A DNA stretch of 64,000 bases from Eubacteriales bacterium (GTDB lineage Bacteria > Bacillota > Clostridia > Oscillospirales > CAG-272), in contig JAZNKD010000024.1 of the NCBI GenBank assembly GCA_045578385.1, forward strand, positions 44,774 to 108,773, read 5' to 3'. Under the pieces are notes generated by a model, which saw only the letters and a list, made by a program, of their open reading frames with translations, made no database searches and was not told where the DNA came from. The position numbers and the translations under genes are program-made. Shown one piece after another: positions 36,449 to 45,717 of this stretch (position 1 is the stretch's first letter; each line of letters starts with the position of its first letter).

Positions 36449-38281
36449 GTGACTATTATACAATCACTTAGAAATAAAGCAAATTCACTGCCTGAAGCGC
36501 CCGGAGTTTACATAATGAAGGACGCATCGGATAACGTAATTTACGTAGGCAAATCGAAGAAGCTTAAAAACCGCGTTGCCAGCTACTTTTCCTCTCATCA
36601 TACCTCTGTGAAGACCGCCAGAATGGTAAGTCTCGTGCGCGACTTTGATTTTATTCTATGCAAAACCGAAATTGAAGCCTTAACGCTCGAAAACGTGCTT
36701 ATCAAAAGGCATTCTCCGAAATATAATATAAAGCTTAAGGATGCAAAATCCTATCCGTATATAAAGATTACCTCAGAAGAATATCCGAAGCTTATTGTCA
36801 CACGCGAAAGAAAGAGCGACAAAGGCAGATATTTCGGACCGTACCAGAGCGCATCTATGGCTTATACCGCGCTCGAAACAGTCAAAAAAATCTTCTCGCT
36901 CCCCACCTGCAAAAGATGCTTTCCGAAGGATATAGGAAAGGAACGCCCTTGCATCTATAAAGATATGGGACGGTGCATAGCGCCCTGTGCAGGCGGTGTC
37001 AATGCCGAAGAATATTCTTACCTCGTAAAGTGCGCCTCTCACGTTCTTGACGGGAACATCAAGGAAACAGAGAGGAATCTCACCGATGAGATGACTATTG
37101 CCGCAGAGGAGTTGAATTTTGAACGCGCAGCGGCTCTGCGTGACAGTATATCGGCATTAAAACGCCTTTCCGACAAGCAGAAGGTCGTAGCAGACACTAA
37201 AATCAATAGAGATGTTTTTGCGTTATACACATCCGAAACCGAGGGCGTTCTCGCAACGCTTTCGATACGCGAGGGCTCTCTCGTCGGCAAAAACGAATTT
37301 CTTCTTTCGGCGGAAGCGCCGACCTCCCCCGAGGATATGCTCAACCTCATTCTGAATTATTACGAGGGCGGTATAAGTATACCTCGTGAAATTATGATAG
37401 ACTTCAAAGCAGACGAGGACGACACGGCGCTTCTTTCGGAATATCTGACGCTTTTAGCGGATAAAAAAATCACCGTAAAAACACCCGAGCGAGGCGACGG
37501 GCGTGCGCTTTGCGATATGGCTTACGAAAACGCAAAAGAAGCCGCGCGTCAATATCGGCTTGACGGAGAAAGAGATAATAAGAACCTTACAAGACTCACC
37601 TCGCTTCTCGGACTTGAATTCGTGCCTCACAGGATAGAGGCGTACGATATATCTAACGTCGGAGACCAATGTATAGTTGCGTCAATGGTAGTATCTATCG
37701 ATGGAAAAATGAGGAAGAGCGAATACCGAAGCTTTAAAATAGTCTCGACCGACGGCAGAGACGACTATGCGTCGATGAGAGAGGCTCTCTCGCGCAGACT
37801 TTCCCATATAGGAGACGGAACGCAATCTCTCGGAGAGCGCCCCGACCTGATACTCCTCGACGGCGGAGATACGCACGTCGGAGCCGTGGCATCGGTTCTT
37901 AAAAAGATGGAGCTTGATATCCCCGTTTTCGGAATGGTCAAGGACGACTATCATAAAACAAGAGCCATAACCGACGGCAAAAACGAAATTTCCATAGCAT
38001 TTGAGACGAATGTGTACGCTTTTATTTACAATATTCAAGAAGAAGCGCATAGATTTGCTTATATTAACTCTCAAAGCTCAAAGCTAAAAAGCTTAACGAA
38101 ATCCTCGCTCGAGAAAATTCCCGGTATTGGCAAAAAGAAAGCCAAGCTTCTGCTTTCCGCGATACCGTTTTCCGATTTAAAAACAGCTAACGCCGAGAAT
38201 ATCGAGAAAATCAAGGGTATTTCGAAAAAAGATGCCGAAAACATTTACGAATATTTCAAAAATATAGCAAACGAAAGCTGA
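36449..38281 (+). CDS. uvrC: Excinuclease ABC subunit C
   Basis: The GIY-YIG domain is GVYIMKDASDNVIYVGKSKKLKNRV, followed by the UvrBC motif LNFERAAALRD and a C-terminal HhH region. The start is GTG with AAAGGAG upstream. Confidence 0.9.
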   Translation: MTIIQSLRNKANSLPEAPGVYIMKDASDNVIYVGKSKKLKNRVASYFSSHHTSVKTARMVSLVRDFDFILCKTEIEALTLENVLIKRHSPKYNIKLKDAKSYPYIKITSEEYPKLIVTRERKSDKGRYFGPYQSASMAYTALETVKKIFSLPTCKRCFPKDIGKERPCIYKDMGRCIAPCAGGVNAEEYSYLVKCASHVLDGNIKETERNLTDEMTIAAEELNFERAAALRDSISALKRLSDKQKVVADTKINRDVFALYTSETEGVLATLSIREGSLVGKNEFLLSAEAPTSPEDMLNLILNYYEGGISIPREIMIDFKADEDDTALLSEYLTLLADKKITVKTPERGDGRALCDMAYENAKEAARQYRLDGERDNKNLTRLTSLLGLEFVPHRIEAYDISNVGDQCIVASMVVSIDGKMRKSEYRSFKIVSTDGRDDYASMREALSRRLSHIGDGTQSLGERPDLILLDGGDTHVGAVASVLKKMELDIPVFGMVKDDYHKTRAITDGKNEISIAFETNVYAFIYNIQEEAHRFAYINSQSSKLKSLTKSSLEKIPGIGKKKAKLLLSAIPFSDLKTANAENIEKIKGISKKDAENIYEYFKNIANES

Positions 38282-38293
38282 AAGGACAGTACC

Positions 38294-38857
38294 GTGTTAA
38301 AAATAATAACTGGAGCAGCAAAAGGAAAGGTTCTTAAAACCCTTGATGGCGAGGCAACGAGACCCACCTCCGAAAGAATAAAGGAAGCAGTATTTTCATC
38401 AATACAGTTTGATATAGAATCAAGACGAGTCTTAGACCTTTTTGCAGGCTCGGGGCAAATGGGACTTGAAGCCCTCTCACGCGGCGCAGAATCCTGTATG
38501 TTCATAGATTCATCAAGAGAAGCTATGGAGATAGTTAAAGCAAACGTTGTATCTACGGGTTTTTCAAAGCAGTCGAAATATCTCGTCAGCGATGCGAGAA
38601 ATTATATCAGAAAAGCATCGGGCAGAGAGATTTTTGACCTCGTGTTTATAGATCCCCCCTACTCTCTTGAATGCTCTGGCGAAATTATTCGTAAGCTTAT
38701 CACGGGTGGTCTGCTTGCAGACGGTGCGATAGTCGTTTCCGAAACCGGAAACGAGATTATAAACCCCGAGGATTTCCCCGAGCTTGAGGTAACAAAATCC
38801 CGTCAATACGGCAAAAAGACAGCCATCAATATTTTCCTTTACCACAAGGAAAAGTAA
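38294..38857 (+). CDS. rsmD: 16S rRNA (guanine966-N2)-methyltransferase RsmD
   Basis: Motifs are RPTSERIKEAVF, DLFAGSGQMGLEALSRGA and IDPPY. Confidence 0.85.
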   Translation: MLKIITGAAKGKVLKTLDGEATRPTSERIKEAVFSSIQFDIESRRVLDLFAGSGQMGLEALSRGAESCMFIDSSREAMEIVKANVVSTGFSKQSKYLVSDARNYIRKASGREIFDLVFIDPPYSLECSGEIIRKLITGGLLADGAIVVSETGNEIINPEDFPELEVTKSRQYGKKTAINIFLYHKEK

Positions 38858-38871
38858 CAAGAGGTCAATCA

Positions 38872-39357
38872 ATGCAAGATAATAAAAATATACGCTCTGT
38901 TATTGTTCCCGGAAGCTATGACCCGGTAACCTTCGGGCATCTTGATATTATAAAACGCGCAGCGAAAAAATACGATGAGGTGTATGCGGTTATTTTCGTA
39001 AATCCCGAGAAAAAATACACATTCTCCCTCGATCAGCGCATAAAGATGCTTATGCTGGCAACGGACGACCTAGATAACGTTCTCGTAAGCTACTCAAACG
39101 GACTCGTTATAGACTATATGCGAGAGCACGATATCGAGCTTATCGTAAAGGGTTACAGAAACGACGCTGACCTAGAATACGAAAAGAAGCAGGCAGCGTG
39201 GAACCTCAAACGCGGCGGGTACGAAACCGAGCTTCTGAAAGCTGAGGCTTCCCTTTCAGACATAAGCTCAACAGCGGCAAGAGAAAAAATAAAAAACGGT
39301 GAGAATCTTAAAAAAATTCTCCCCGACGCCGTTATAGACTATATAAATTCAATCTAA
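38872..39357 (+). CDS. coaD: Pantetheine-phosphate adenylyltransferase
   Basis: PGSYDPVTFGHLDIIKRA (T/HxGH motif) and ISSTAAREK are present. Confidence 0.9.
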   Translation: MQDNKNIRSVIVPGSYDPVTFGHLDIIKRAAKKYDEVYAVIFVNPEKKYTFSLDQRIKMLMLATDDLDNVLVSYSNGLVIDYMREHDIELIVKGYRNDADLEYEKKQAAWNLKRGGYETELLKAEASLSDISSTAAREKIKNGENLKKILPDAVIDYINSI

Positions 39358-39438
39358 CAGAATAGGCAGTAAGCTTTATATCAAAACCGAAGCTCACTGC
39401 CTTTTTTATTTGGTGAATATTAAATTTCGAATCAAGTC

Positions 39439-39493
39439 TTGACTTTATCTTTAGTTTATGATAAAATAACATTTGTTATATAACGATTGTTAT
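39439..39493 (+). promoter_or_regulatory. Promoter plus two abutting 14-bp palindromic operators upstream of the TetR/ABC operon
   Basis: The promoter is TTGACT (39439-39444), 17 nt, TAAAAT (39462-39467). Operator 1 is ATAACATTTGTTAT (39466-39479) and operator 2 is ATAACGATTGTTAT (39480-39493). Confidence 0.55.
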
Positions 39494-39506
39494 TCGAGGA
39501 GATTAT

Positions 39507-40070
39507 ATGGCACCTAGAATTAAAATTACAAAGGAAAGCATCATAGACGCGGCAACCGATATAGTTCGTAAGGAAGGCGCGGCATCTTTGAACGCGAGAG
39601 CTCTTGCAGCTTACCTCAAATGCTCAACGCAACCCATATTTTTCAATTTTTCATCTATGGACGAGGTGTGGTTTGCCGTTATAACAAGAGCTTACGAGCT
39701 ATGTAACGAGTATATAAGACTTGAAATAGAAAAACGCGAAGTAACTCCATATAAAGCCAGCGGCTTAGCCTACATAAGATTTGCGCGCGAGGAAAAAGAG
39801 CTTTTTAAGCTTCTCTTTATGCGCGACAGGTCCGGCGAGCGTGCGGACGACGACGGTAATGAGCTTAACAGACAGATGGAACAAATGGTAACCAACAACA
39901 CGGGACTTACAGATGCAAATGCAAAACTTTTCCATCTTGAAATATGGGCGTTCGTTCACGGAATCGCGGTAATGGCAGCTACCGGATTTTTAGACCTGGA
40001 ATGGAATCTTATAAGCAAAATGATAAGTGATAATTACTTAGGACTTAAAGGCCGTTTTTGCGAGGAATGA
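39507..40070 (+). CDS. TetR/AcrR family transcriptional regulator
   Basis: The N-terminal HTH region is ESIIDAATDIVRKEGAASLNARALAAYLKCSTQPIF. 187 aa. Confidence 0.8.
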   Translation: MAPRIKITKESIIDAATDIVRKEGAASLNARALAAYLKCSTQPIFFNFSSMDEVWFAVITRAYELCNEYIRLEIEKREVTPYKASGLAYIRFAREEKELFKLLFMRDRSGERADDDGNELNRQMEQMVTNNTGLTDANAKLFHLEIWAFVHGIAVMAATGFLDLEWNLISKMISDNYLGLKGRFCEE

Positions 40071-40073
40071 GTT

Positions 40074-40802
40074 ATGGAAGCTATAAGAACCGAAAATCTA
40101 ACCAAAAAATACAAAAATCTGACTGCCGTAGACAATTTAAGCGTAACGATAGAGAAAGGCGAGCTTTTCTCGCTTCTCGGCGTTAACGGCGCAGGAAAAA
40201 GCACCACTATAAAAATGCTCTCCTGCCTTACCGAGCCATCTAGTGGCGATGCCTTTCTTCTCGGAAAAAGCATTTCAGACGATAAAGCCGAGGTTAAAAA
40301 GATAATAGCCGTTTCCCCGCAGGAAACCGCTATTGCTCCCGGGCTTTCGGTAATGGAGAATCTTAAATTTATCGCCAGAGTTCACGGCTTATCAAAAGAA
40401 AAAACCGTCGAAAAAACAGCCGAAATTATGGCTGACTTAAAGCTCTCGGATATGTCGCAAAGAAAAGCGGGAAAGCTTTCGGGCGGCTGGCAGCGCAGAC
40501 TCAGCATAGCGATGGCGCTTATAAGCGAGCCCGAAATACTTTTCCTCGACGAGCCGACGCTAGGTCTTGACGTGCTTGCGAGAAGCGAGCTTTGGGATAT
40601 TATCCGTTCTCTTAAGGGTGAAGTAACAATAATACTGACAACTCACTATATGGAGGAGGCTGAAGCCCTTTCCGACAGAGTTGGAATAATGGCTGACGGA
40701 CGCCTTATTACGTGCGGAACACCAGAAGAATTAAAGAGATATGCAAATACAGACAAGTTTGAAGAAGCCTTTATCCGTATCGTTAAGGGGGTGACGAAAT
40801 GA
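40074..40802 (+). CDS. ABC-2 type exporter ATP-binding protein
   Basis: Walker A is GVNGAGKSTT, the signature is LSGGWQRRL, and Walker B is LFLDEPTLGLD. Confidence 0.85.
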   Translation: MEAIRTENLTKKYKNLTAVDNLSVTIEKGELFSLLGVNGAGKSTTIKMLSCLTEPSSGDAFLLGKSISDDKAEVKKIIAVSPQETAIAPGLSVMENLKFIARVHGLSKEKTVEKTAEIMADLKLSDMSQRKAGKLSGGWQRRLSIAMALISEPEILFLDEPTLGLDVLARSELWDIIRSLKGEVTIILTTHYMEEAEALSDRVGIMADGRLITCGTPEELKRYANTDKFEEAFIRIVKGVTK

Positions 40803-41530
40803 AAATGCTGACGCTTGCAAGCAGAAATACAAAAGAAATCCTGAGAGACCCCTTAAATCTTGGCTTCGGACTCGGATTCCCTCTCGTGCTGCTTCTTCTC
40901 TTAAGTGCAATTCAGGCAAGTATACCCGTAAGCCTTTTTGAAATTTCGCATCTTACTCCCGGTATCACGGTTTTCGGACTTTCGTTTATGACTCTTTTCT
41001 CCGCAACTATCATTTCAAAGGACAGAGGAAGCTCGCTTCTCCGCCGTTTATACACCGCGCCTCTTTCCCCCTCGGATTTTATTCTCGGCTATGCGCTTCC
41101 GATGATTCCGATTTCGGTGGCACAGTCCGCGATTTGCTATCTTGCGGCGATAATACTCGGATTAAACGTTACCGTCAATATTCTCTACGCAATTATTACG
41201 GTAGTGCCGATATCACTGCTTTACGTTGGGCTGGGATTACTCTTTGGAAGTATTCTTAACGACAAGCAGGTAGGCGGCATATGCGGCGCTCTTTTGACAA
41301 ACCTTTCCGCGTGGCTTTCGGGCATCTGGTTTGATTTAAAGCTTGTCGGTGGCGTTTTCGAAAAAATTGCATATATGCTTCCATTTGTTCACGCCGTTGA
41401 AATGGAACGCGCCGTGATTGCGGGCAATTTCAATCAGATACTCCCGCACTTTTGGTGGGTTTTGGGATATGCGATTGCTATTTTCGCCACAGCAGTTCTG
41501 CTATTCTTACGACAGATGAAAAAGCAATAA
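40799..41530 (+). CDS. ABC-2 type exporter permease
   Basis: 243 aa with 6 TM segments. It overlaps the ATPase stop. Confidence 0.8.
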   Translation: MKMLTLASRNTKEILRDPLNLGFGLGFPLVLLLLLSAIQASIPVSLFEISHLTPGITVFGLSFMTLFSATIISKDRGSSLLRRLYTAPLSPSDFILGYALPMIPISVAQSAICYLAAIILGLNVTVNILYAIITVVPISLLYVGLGLLFGSILNDKQVGGICGALLTNLSAWLSGIWFDLKLVGGVFEKIAYMLPFVHAVEMERAVIAGNFNQILPHFWWVLGYAIAIFATAVLLFLRQMKKQ

Positions 41531-41690
41531 AACAGTTAACTAATAAGCAAATAGAATATAATTCAAGAAAACAAGAAAGTATCAAAAAAGCCAAACAGAA
41601 CCCTATATCTATGTGTTCTGCTTGGCTTTTGTTAGTAATAGTTTACTTTTTGTTGTTTTCGGAATATACTAAGAGTTGTTTTGCGAGATA

Positions 41691-44123
41691 TTATCTTCTT
41701 TCTGCGCCAAACGTCTTCTGGAGCTTCTTCACAACTCCGTTAGCAACTTCCTCTATTTCCTGAGAGGTAAGAGTTTTTTCATCAGAGCCTACGGCAAGAC
41801 GGATTGTGACGGATTTCTTACCCTGCGGCACCTGCTTGCCCTTATATTCATCAACAAAGGATACTCCGCGAAGAAGTCCGCCTTTGGCCTTTTCCATAGC
41901 AGCAGTGTAAATTTCTTCAAACTTAACCATAGAATCAACAAGGAAGGAAATATCGTAATCGTTGATAGGATATTCCGCAAGATGAGTAAACTTGTTTGTT
42001 CTTGATTTGAAAGGTACAAACTCATCAATATTAAGCTCTACAAGAACTGCGGAAACCACCTTGATTCCTGCTGCAAGCGCGTTCTTTTTGGAAAGAAGCG
42101 CGATATCGCCTATCTTCTTGCCGTTAAGGCAGATATTCTGCCATACCACGTCATCTGCCCAATAAGGCTTCTCATCTCTTGTGAAAGTAAAGCCTTCCAT
42201 ATGAGTGTAAGACGGCATATCCGCGACAATTCCCTTTGCATGACGGTAAAGATACTGAATATCCTCGGTCTTTGCAACGAACGCGCATCCAAGGTGTCTT
42301 TCCTGCGTGGGAAGTGCTTCGCCCTTATATTTTTCGGTATAGTTCTTGTCAATAAATACGAGCGACTCCTCGTAAATATCAAATTCGTCAAAATTACGCT
42401 CATTCTTAACTATAGCACGGCAAATGTTGGGAAGAAGCGAGCTTTTAACATACTTCTCTGTGGGAGAAGGAGGCGTTGCAAGCGCGAGAATTCCATCGGT
42501 TGACGGCATAATTGCAGCTACACAGTCGTCGCTCATCCAAGGATAAGTAAATATCTCCTGCATTCCCGAACGGAACGAAAGATACTCTTTAACCTTTCTC
42601 GTAAGATCGTAGTCAAGCTGATTTATAGCAGAATCAAATGAAGTAGTAATGGTGGTTGCCTCGAAGTTTTCATAACCGTACATACGAGCAACTTCTTCCA
42701 TAATATCTGCCTTTATGGAAACGTCACCCGTAGAACGCCAAGTAGGAACTACTATGTGCATCATAGTATCGGTAAAGCTTACCTCGTATCCCATTATACC
42801 GAGCTTTTTGGATATAACCTCTTTAGGTATGCTCTTCCCGAGGCGTCTTTCAAGCCAATTAAGCTCAACGTCGATTTCGTTGCGCTTTGTCTTAGTAGGA
42901 TAGACGTCGCTGAATGCGATAAGCTTCATATCAGGATAAAGCTCTGCAAAAAGCTTCATAGCGAGCGAGAGTGCCTGGTCGCAGCGCTCCGCGTCAATTG
43001 CTTTTTCATATCTCGAGGATGCTTCGGTACGGTTATCATATCTTTGAGCCGTTCTTCTGACACCTCTTGACTCGAAGTTTGCAATCTCGAGAATTACGCT
43101 ATCGGTAGTCGGAAGCACCGAGTCCTTAGCTCCACCCATAACGCCCGCAAGAGCAACAGCGCCCTCTGCGTCTGCAATTACGAGGTCGTCCGAGGAAAGA
43201 GCGAGATCCTTATCATTGAGAAGCTGAAGTTTTTCTCCGTCTTCCGCGCGGCGAACAGATATATGATTAATAATATGGTCCGAATCAAATACGTGCGTAG
43301 GCTGCCCCACTGCAAGCATTACGTAGTTTGTAATATCTACGAGCGCATTAATAGGACGCATACCTACTCTCCATATACGGCTCTGCATAAGGAACGGAGA
43401 GGGCTTAACGCCAAGGCCTTCAATTTTTGCGCCGATGTAGCGCGGACATCTTTCAACATCTTCAATTCTTACGTCATACGCTTCTTTAACGTCGGGAACG
43501 AACTTATCAAATTCTACGAGAGGGAGATCATAAAGCGCCGCAAGCTCTCTTGCTATACCGTAATGTCCCCAAAGGTCAGGACGGTTGGTCATAGACTTAT
43601 TGTCTATCTCTAGAATTATATCGTTAAGATCGAGAGCATCTGCAACAGGTGTTCCAGGGGTAGCAGCAAAGGCGGTGATATCCATAATCTCGTGATCGTC
43701 TCCGGCAAGGAAAAGGTCTGCAAGACCTACTTCAACGGAAGCACAAATCATACCGAAGCTCTGCACGCCTCTGAGCTTTGCATTTTTGATTTCAACGGGA
43801 TCGCCCTCGCCGTGCCAACGCACCATAGCTCCGGGACAGGCAACCACTACCTTCATACCGGCTTCAAGATTTGAGCCGCCGCAAACGATATCCTTTATAT
43901 CCTCGGTTCCTACGTTCACCTTGCAAACGCGAAGCTTATCCGCGTTGGGATGAGGAAGAACCTCAAGTATCTCGCCTACGACGATGTTTTTAAACTGATC
44001 CGCAAGATTCTCAGCACCCTCGACCTCAACGGTTGACATAGTGAGATCGTACGCAAGGCGCGAAAGATCCATATCGTCGGGAATTTTAACGTAATCCTTA
44101 ATCCAATTAAGAGATAATTTCAT
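41691..44123 (-). CDS. pheT: Phenylalanine--tRNA ligase beta subunit
   Basis: 810 aa. The N-terminus is MKLSLNWIKDYV. It has a tRNA-binding OB domain plus B3/4, B5 and FDX-ACB regions. Confidence 0.92.
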   Translation of the reverse strand: MKLSLNWIKDYVKIPDDMDLSRLAYDLTMSTVEVEGAENLADQFKNIVVGEILEVLPHPNADKLRVCKVNVGTEDIKDIVCGGSNLEAGMKVVVACPGAMVRWHGEGDPVEIKNAKLRGVQSFGMICASVEVGLADLFLAGDDHEIMDITAFAATPGTPVADALDLNDIILEIDNKSMTNRPDLWGHYGIARELAALYDLPLVEFDKFVPDVKEAYDVRIEDVERCPRYIGAKIEGLGVKPSPFLMQSRIWRVGMRPINALVDITNYVMLAVGQPTHVFDSDHIINHISVRRAEDGEKLQLLNDKDLALSSDDLVIADAEGAVALAGVMGGAKDSVLPTTDSVILEIANFESRGVRRTAQRYDNRTEASSRYEKAIDAERCDQALSLAMKLFAELYPDMKLIAFSDVYPTKTKRNEIDVELNWLERRLGKSIPKEVISKKLGIMGYEVSFTDTMMHIVVPTWRSTGDVSIKADIMEEVARMYGYENFEATTITTSFDSAINQLDYDLTRKVKEYLSFRSGMQEIFTYPWMSDDCVAAIMPSTDGILALATPPSPTEKYVKSSLLPNICRAIVKNERNFDEFDIYEESLVFIDKNYTEKYKGEALPTQERHLGCAFVAKTEDIQYLYRHAKGIVADMPSYTHMEGFTFTRDEKPYWADDVVWQNICLNGKKIGDIALLSKKNALAAGIKVVSAVLVELNIDEFVPFKSRTNKFTHLAEYPINDYDISFLVDSMVKFEEIYTAAMEKAKGGLLRGVSFVDEYKGKQVPQGKKSVTIRLAVGSDEKTLTSQEIEEVANGVVKKLQKTFGAERR

Positions 44124-44147
44124 TTTATATCCTCCTTACAACGCTTC

Positions 44148-45185
44148 TTAACGGAACTGCTTTAAGAAGCGGAGATCGGTGCTATGGAAAAGTCGCACGT
44201 CATCAACACCGTAACGCATCATAACAAGTCTGTCAAGACCGATATTTACGTAGAAGCCCGTATATTCATCGGGATCAAGCCCTGCCGCGCGCAAAACGTT
44301 TGGATGAGGAGTTCCTCCGGGCATTATTTCTATCCAACCCACGTGCTTGCAAACGCTACAGCCCTTACCGCCACATACAAGGCAGCCCATATCAATTTCA
44401 AAGCCGGGCTCAACGAACGGGAAGAAGCCTGCTCGCATTCTGACGGGCACGTCGCGTCCGAATACCTTTTGAAGAATACTCTTAATCATTACCTTACCTG
44501 CGGTATAGGTAAAATCTTTATCTACGATGAGAGCTTCATACTGGAAAAATGCTCTTTCGTGACGGGCATCGGTGGTTTCATTTCTGTAAACTCTGCCGGG
44601 ATAAACGAATCTGTAAGGTGGCTTATGAGTCTGCATATAACGCACGCTGTCACCGGTAAGATGAGGACGGAGACAAAGCTTCTCGTTAGCCTCTCCCGAA
44701 TCGTGACCTGCAAGCCAATAGGTGTCCATACTCTCTCTTGCCGGATGGTTCGGAGGGAAGTTAAGATTGTCAAATGCGTAATATTCGCTGGTTATTTCGG
44801 GGCCTGAGAACACCTCAAAGCCCATTGAGCGAAAAGCGTCGTTAAGGTCATAACACATCTGTGTGATAGGATGAAGTCCGCCTATTTTAGTCTCGATGCC
44901 GGGAAGGGTAAAGTCAAAATCGGGAGAAATCTCGGACGCCTTAAGCTTAAGCGCTTCGCGTCTTCCCTCTATCTCTTCAGAAAGCAGATTTTTAACGTTA
45001 TTTACTGCCTTTCCCATTTCGGGACGGAGAGCAACGTCAAGCTTGGGTATCTCTTTAAGAAGCTCGGTTACGCTTCCCTGCTTACCAAGGAGTAAAACCT
45101 TTACTTCCTGAAGCTCGGCTTCACTCTGTGCAGCTTCGATTTTCGCTGTTCCCTCTCGGAGCAGCGCTTCAAGTTTTTCTTTCAT
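44148..45185 (-). CDS. pheS: Phenylalanine--tRNA ligase alpha subunit
   Basis: 345 aa with the class II motifs HPARESMDTYW, FRNE-like YRNETTDARHERAFFQYE and GFAFGIG-like YVNIGLDRL. Confidence 0.92.
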   Translation of the reverse strand: MKEKLEALLREGTAKIEAAQSEAELQEVKVLLLGKQGSVTELLKEIPKLDVALRPEMGKAVNNVKNLLSEEIEGRREALKLKASEISPDFDFTLPGIETKIGGLHPITQMCYDLNDAFRSMGFEVFSGPEITSEYYAFDNLNFPPNHPARESMDTYWLAGHDSGEANEKLCLRPHLTGDSVRYMQTHKPPYRFVYPGRVYRNETTDARHERAFFQYEALIVDKDFTYTAGKVMIKSILQKVFGRDVPVRMRAGFFPFVEPGFEIDMGCLVCGGKGCSVCKHVGWIEIMPGGTPHPNVLRAAGLDPDEYTGFYVNIGLDRLVMMRYGVDDVRLFHSTDLRFLKQFR

Positions 45186-45225
45186 TTTTTAATCCTCTTG
45201 TATATATTTTTTATTATCCTCAAAA

Positions 45226-45541
45226 AATAAAAAATCCCGCATTCTTCCCACTCGGGAAAAACGCAGGGACGGCATAAGCCGTGTTACCACTCTGCTTCGC
45301 TATCGCCTCACAGCAACAGCCTTATCAAGTGCAACGACGAATACAAAAAGCTTTCTTCGCACGACTACACCACAGCAATATAACGGTTGCCTGCCGGTAA
45401 AGCCTACTTGCAATTATAATGCTTTAAGCCTACAGCTCACGAAATGAATTCGCCAAAATCCACCTACTGCCTCGCACCAAACGGCAGCTCTCTTTAAGGC
45501 TTGCTTTAGGTTACTACTTTTCGTTCAAACGCCTTTACAAC
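45226..45541 (-). promoter_or_regulatory. T-box riboswitch leader of pheST, specifier UUC (Phe), with terminator
   Basis: On the minus strand, Stem I carries AGAGAGCTGCCGTTTGGTGCGAGGCAGT and the specifier region is GAATTCA (UUC at 45448-45446). The T-box motif is AAGCAGAGTGGTAACACGG. A terminator hairpin followed by a U-run ends near 45226. Confidence 0.85.
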
Positions 45542-45547
45542 ACTGGT

Positions 45548-45576
45548 ATTCTAACAAAAAAACGTATTTTTGTCAA
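45548..45576 (-). promoter_or_regulatory. Consensus sigma-A promoter for the pheST leader
   Basis: On the minus strand: TTGACA (45576-45571), 17-nt spacer, TAGAAT (45553-45548). Confidence 0.7.
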
Positions 45577-45602
45577 GCATTTTTTGAAATATTTTAGATA
45601 CA

Positions 45603-45642
45603 AGTAAAACAAAAGGCTGCCCGTTTTTATCAAGGCAGCCTT
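45603..45642 (-). terminator. Rho-independent terminator of the phosphoesterase gene
   Basis: On the minus strand, AAGGCTGCC pairs with GGCAGCCTT and is followed by TTTGTTTTAC. Confidence 0.6.
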
Positions 45643-45717
45643 AAAAGCTATAAAGCAATTATTGTTTTTCGGTGTTTATCTCAAGCTTGGTAAGCAAAGA
45701 TACCGAAAACCGTGTGT

